Translations under genes and position numbers: made by a program
Shown: piece after piece, positions 60,665-64,000 of the stretch
Numbering within the stretch: position 1 is the stretch's first letter
Layout of the letters: each line of letters opens with the position of its first letter
Assembly: GCA_963422375.2 (NCBI GenBank)
Contig: OY729428.2
Location: forward strand, 1,376,001-1,440,000
DNA: 64,000 nucleotides
Reading direction: 5' to 3'
Origin: Bryobacterales bacterium
GTDB lineage: Bacteria > Acidobacteriota > Terriglobia > Bryobacterales > UBA6623
Notes under the pieces: generated by a model
Seen by the model: only the letters and a program-made list of their open reading frames with translations
What the model was told of the DNA's origin: nothing
Databases searched by the model: none

Positions 60665-61879
60665 CTACCAGTTGGTGACCGACCCGTCGGGACGCTCGAG
60701 CAGGGGAATCGGGCGAGCGTGCGCGGTCACTTCGAGCACGCGGTCGGCTTGGCTCGGGTCGAACTCGACGCCCAGGCCCGCCCGCTCGTTCGGCCACATC
60801 TTGCCGTTGCGGAAGTCGTAATGCACCGGCAGGTGGGCGTGTGTCTTGGCCCCGGCGCCCGTCATTTCCATGATCACGGGGCCGGGCAGCGAAACGGCGC
60901 AATGCACGAGGGCGGCCTCCGAAACGGGCCCGGTGAAGTGCGGGATCAAGCCGATGTAGTGGGTCTCGCACAGCGCCGCGAGTTTCATGAACTCCGTGAT
61001 TCCGCCGCAGTTGGGGATCGAGACTCTCGAGTAGTCGATCAGCCGGTCCTCGATCAGGACGTTCGCGTCCCAGCGGTCCCCGAAGTGCTCGCCGACAGCG
61101 ATGGGCACCTTCACCAAGGGACGCAGCGTCTTGTAGACCTCCGGGTTCTCGGAGCGCACGAGGTCCTCGCAGAAGACAGGCCGGAGCGGCTCGAGTAGCG
61201 ACGACAGGCGCACGGCGTCCGGCAGGTCGAAGCGCGTGTGGTAGTCGATCGCCCAGTCGCCGTCCTCGCCCACGCCTGCCCGGATTTCTTGGCAGACCTT
61301 GAAGGTGTCGTCCACGGCTCTCCGGTGCCGGTAGGGCTCGTCCCGGGAGTTCGACCCGCCCGTGCGGAAAGCGCGGAACCCGGCCTCGATGCAGGCGCGG
61401 GCCGTCTCGCGGATGGATCCTTGGCTGGGGAAGCCGGTCGAGTAGCACTCCACGTGATCGCGGGTCAGGCCGCCCAGCAGCTGCCAGACCGGCACCCCCA
61501 GCGCCTTGGCCTTGATGTCCCAGAGCGCGAGATCGATCGCGCCGAGAGCATGGATCTTCTCGCGGCCCGGAGGGTAGAAGTACCCCCGGTACATCACCTG
61601 CCACAGATGCTCGGTGCGGAACGGGTTCTCGCCGATGATCATCGCTCCGAGCTGCTCGACGGTATCGGGCGATCCCCCTTCCCCGATCCCCGTGATGCCG
61701 GCGTCCGTCTCGACGGTCACGATATGGCCGCTCTGATTGAAGATGGGGCGCGAGTCGGAGACCCGGTAGAAGCGCACTCGGGTTACCTTGGTGGCGGGCA
61801 GTCTTGCCTGAGCCGGCGGCGCCCCCAAGGCCGCGACGGAACCGAGCAGGGACGCCTTGAGTGCTTGCCGACGGTGCAT
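60665..61879 (-). CDS. Mandelate racemase/enolase superfamily dehydratase (galactonate/mannonate-like), Tat-like signal
   Basis: MHRRQAL; AIDLALWDIKAKALGVPVWQLLGG; DYHTR, FCED, IAVGE, GGITE, PH. Confidence 0.92.
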   Translation of the reverse strand: MHRRQALKASLLGSVAALGAPPAQARLPATKVTRVRFYRVSDSRPIFNQSGHIVTVETDAGITGIGEGGSPDTVEQLGAMIIGENPFRTEHLWQVMYRGYFYPPGREKIHALGAIDLALWDIKAKALGVPVWQLLGGLTRDHVECYSTGFPSQGSIRETARACIEAGFRAFRTGGSNSRDEPYRHRRAVDDTFKVCQEIRAGVGEDGDWAIDYHTRFDLPDAVRLSSLLEPLRPVFCEDLVRSENPEVYKTLRPLVKVPIAVGEHFGDRWDANVLIEDRLIDYSRVSIPNCGGITEFMKLAALCETHYIGLIPHFTGPVSEAALVHCAVSLPGPVIMEMTGAGAKTHAHLPVHYDFRNGKMWPNERAGLGVEFDPSQADRVLEVTAHARPIPLLERPDGSVTNW

Positions 61880-62083
61880 TGCGCACGAGAGTATACGACA
61901 GGAGCCGCCGGCTTTGCGCTGACGACCGGCCCGACTCGCGTCGAGCAGCGAACTGATTCCGGAATTGCGCATCTAGGGCGTCAAGATGGCGGCCGGGCGT
62001 GGCCTCGCGTCTGTAACCCATCCTCCGTGCTGGCTTCGAATTGCTCGTCACCCCAGCGTTCGAGACATGCGTGCATTGAGTTA

Positions 62084-63809
62084 GTGCTTGTGACAAAACT
62101 CCCGCCCATTCAACTCCGAAGTGCGACACGCGCCGAGCCACAAGATGGCAGGGAGGGGAGAGGGGGGGCAGCGAGCGGTGGTGTCGTGGCAGTAGGCTGG
62201 TAGGTGCTGGAAAGAGCAGGGAGGCAGATGCGGAAGAGCTACACGCACGTGACGCAGGAGGAGCGCTGCCGGAGCGAGACGCTGCGGGCGGCGGGCTGGG
62301 CGGGCTGGGGAGCGGGCAGGATCGCCGGGCAGCCGGGCCGCAAGCGGGCCACGATCTACCGGGAAGTGGGCCGCAACGGCCGACCGGCGGAAGGCGAGCG
62401 CGCGGCGAGCTACAGCTTGGGGAGCGCGCGGGAGCGCGCGGAGCGGCGGCGGCGCGCGGCGGCGTGCCGGCCGCGCCAGCTGACGTCGGCGCTGCGGACG
62501 CGGAGCGAGGACTGCCTGCGGCAGGACTGGAGCCCGGAGCAGGAGCCCGGAGCAGGTCGCGGCGCGGCTGCAGCGGGAAGGGGCGCTGGAGATCAGCCCC
62601 GAACGGATCTACCAGCTGGTGCGCGCGGAGCGGCGGCAGGGGGGCCGGCTGTACCGGCACCCGAGGCAGGGCGGCCGCAAGCGCGTGCGGCGGGTCGGCC
62701 GGACGGCGGGCCGCGGCCTGATCCCGGGGCGCGCGGACATCGCGGAGCGCCCGGCGGAGGCGCGAGCGCAGGCGCGCGTCGGCGACCGGGAGGCCGACAC
62801 CGTGATCGGCGGGCAGCGCCGCGGGGCGCTGGTGACGCTGGTGGACCGGTTCTCTAAGTACCTGCTAGTGCAGCCGGTTAGCCGGCGCACGGCGCAGCTG
62901 GTCGGGGCGGCGATGACGGCCATGCTGGCAGGGAGCGGGGCCGTGACGCACACGATCACGGCCGACAACGGCAAGGAGTTCGCGGCAAGGAGTTCGCGGG
63001 GCACCGGGAGGCACCGGGAGGTGGCGCAGCGGCTGGGGGCGGGCTTCCACTTCGCGCGGCCCTGCCACTCCGCGGCCCTGCCACTCCTGGGAGCGCGGGC
63101 TGAACGAGCATGCCAACGGGCTGCCGCGGCAGTACTTCCCGCAGGGGACGGACCTGCGGCGGGTGGACCCGGCCCGGGTGCGGGAGGCGCGGGACCGCCT
63201 GAACCGGCGTCCGCGGAAGGTGCCGGGCGGGCGCACGCCGGAGGAAGTCTTCCCGGCGGAGCGCGAGCGGGTGCCGCGGGGCTGAGGCAGGGCTGGCAGC
63301 CCGCCGCCCCGGACAGGGGCGCGGGGGAGCTGCGCCCGGACAGGCGCGGATTCGCCCCTCCGGGCCTTGCTGCGGTCGCTCCGCTCCCTGCGCAAGGCCC
63401 GGAGGGTCCCCGTTCCGGAAACGGGGCACGCATGCCCGCCTGCCCGGGACGCGGCTCCCCGCTTCGGCCCGGCAGCGGCTTGTCCGGCGCCGCTGGATCT
63501 GCTACTGTGGCCCTAGTATCCCAGCCCGCCGCCCCTTACCCGCGTGTCGCACTTCGGAGTTGAATGGGCGTCCTGAATTCTGGCCCGATCAGCATTTCAT
63601 GCTACATCCTGAGGTCAGATGGATCTCCAAACACAACATATAGGGCCCAAGGTCGGAAGTTGCTCAGACGCCAATCGCGAAGATTTCCGCGCTCTACCCA
63701 GAATCGCCAGGATTTTGGATTAGTCGTAGCATTCCAGCGAAATCTTCGCCTTGAGAGATTGGACCTAACGCCTTTGTTGTCAAGGGTATACGAGTTTTGT
63801 CACGGGCAC
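62084..63809. mobile_element. 255-bp MITE, copy 3 (inverted), interrupted by IS30
   Basis: GTGCTTGTGACAAAAC at 62084 and GTTTTGTCACGGGCAC ending 63809; TSD GAGTTA; exactly 255 bp after removing IS30 and its 3-bp duplication. Confidence 0.9.
62103..63570 (+). mobile_element. IS30-family element, copy 2, frameshifted
   Basis: Same TIR as copy 1; TSD TCC; 13-bp and 16-bp internal duplications break the transposase. Confidence 0.94.
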
Positions 63810-64000
63810 GAGTTAGGGCATCGGGGGCGTGGCTAAGGGTCGATGCGAGACCCTCCGGACCTGGAAGTGTTCAAACGTCAGGGATGCATCAAATCATCCC
63901 ATAGAACCGGCAATCCATGCCGCGACCTAGGTGGTGCCGCGCATCGTGACTTGATGGGCGCGCGCCGATGAGCCGCCCTTCCTCATTGCCTCAGTTGCCC

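Noticed and set aside
1..64000. CRISPR array, cas genes, rRNA, prophage structural genes
   Set aside because: No regularly spaced repeats or recognisable motifs found by eye

Overview
GC-rich bacterial window whose gene content (many Cys-type sulfatases, PSD1/DUF1549-DUF1553 cytochrome, DUF1501, ASPIC/UnbV-FG-GAP-TPR protein, Acidobacteria-type TonB-receptor barrels, astacin protease) resembles Acidobacteriota (Bryobacterales-like), possibly host-associated (inference). Intact blocks (tpiA-secG-tRNA-Leu, dut, iscS, lpxA, sulfatases, hydrolases) alternate with decayed mobile patches: IS1595 of two subgroups, IS30, ISNCY-like, IS110, a 255-bp MITE in 3 copies, a serine-recombinase module, a group II intron 3' remnant, dead HicAB and DrmD-like genes, and an intact DUF6088/AbiEii pair. 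Main observations: (1) a Ser/Thr kinase-TM-FGE gene whose 3' end looks like a DGR variable region, with no TR or RT in the window, lying inside a 4.87-kb unit bounded by ISNCY-like ends and a 9-bp direct repeat; (2) a 255-bp MITE family with 6-bp TAA-starting target duplications; (3) two opposite mutational signatures: AT->GC changes plus 9-16 bp tandem duplications in IS copies, and synonymous CCWGG-decay-like words in core genes; (4) a TonB-receptor-like barrel that appears to lack its plug. All family calls come from motif recognition by eye; no database searches were run. Most overlapping ORFs in the track are GC-rich shadow ORFs.
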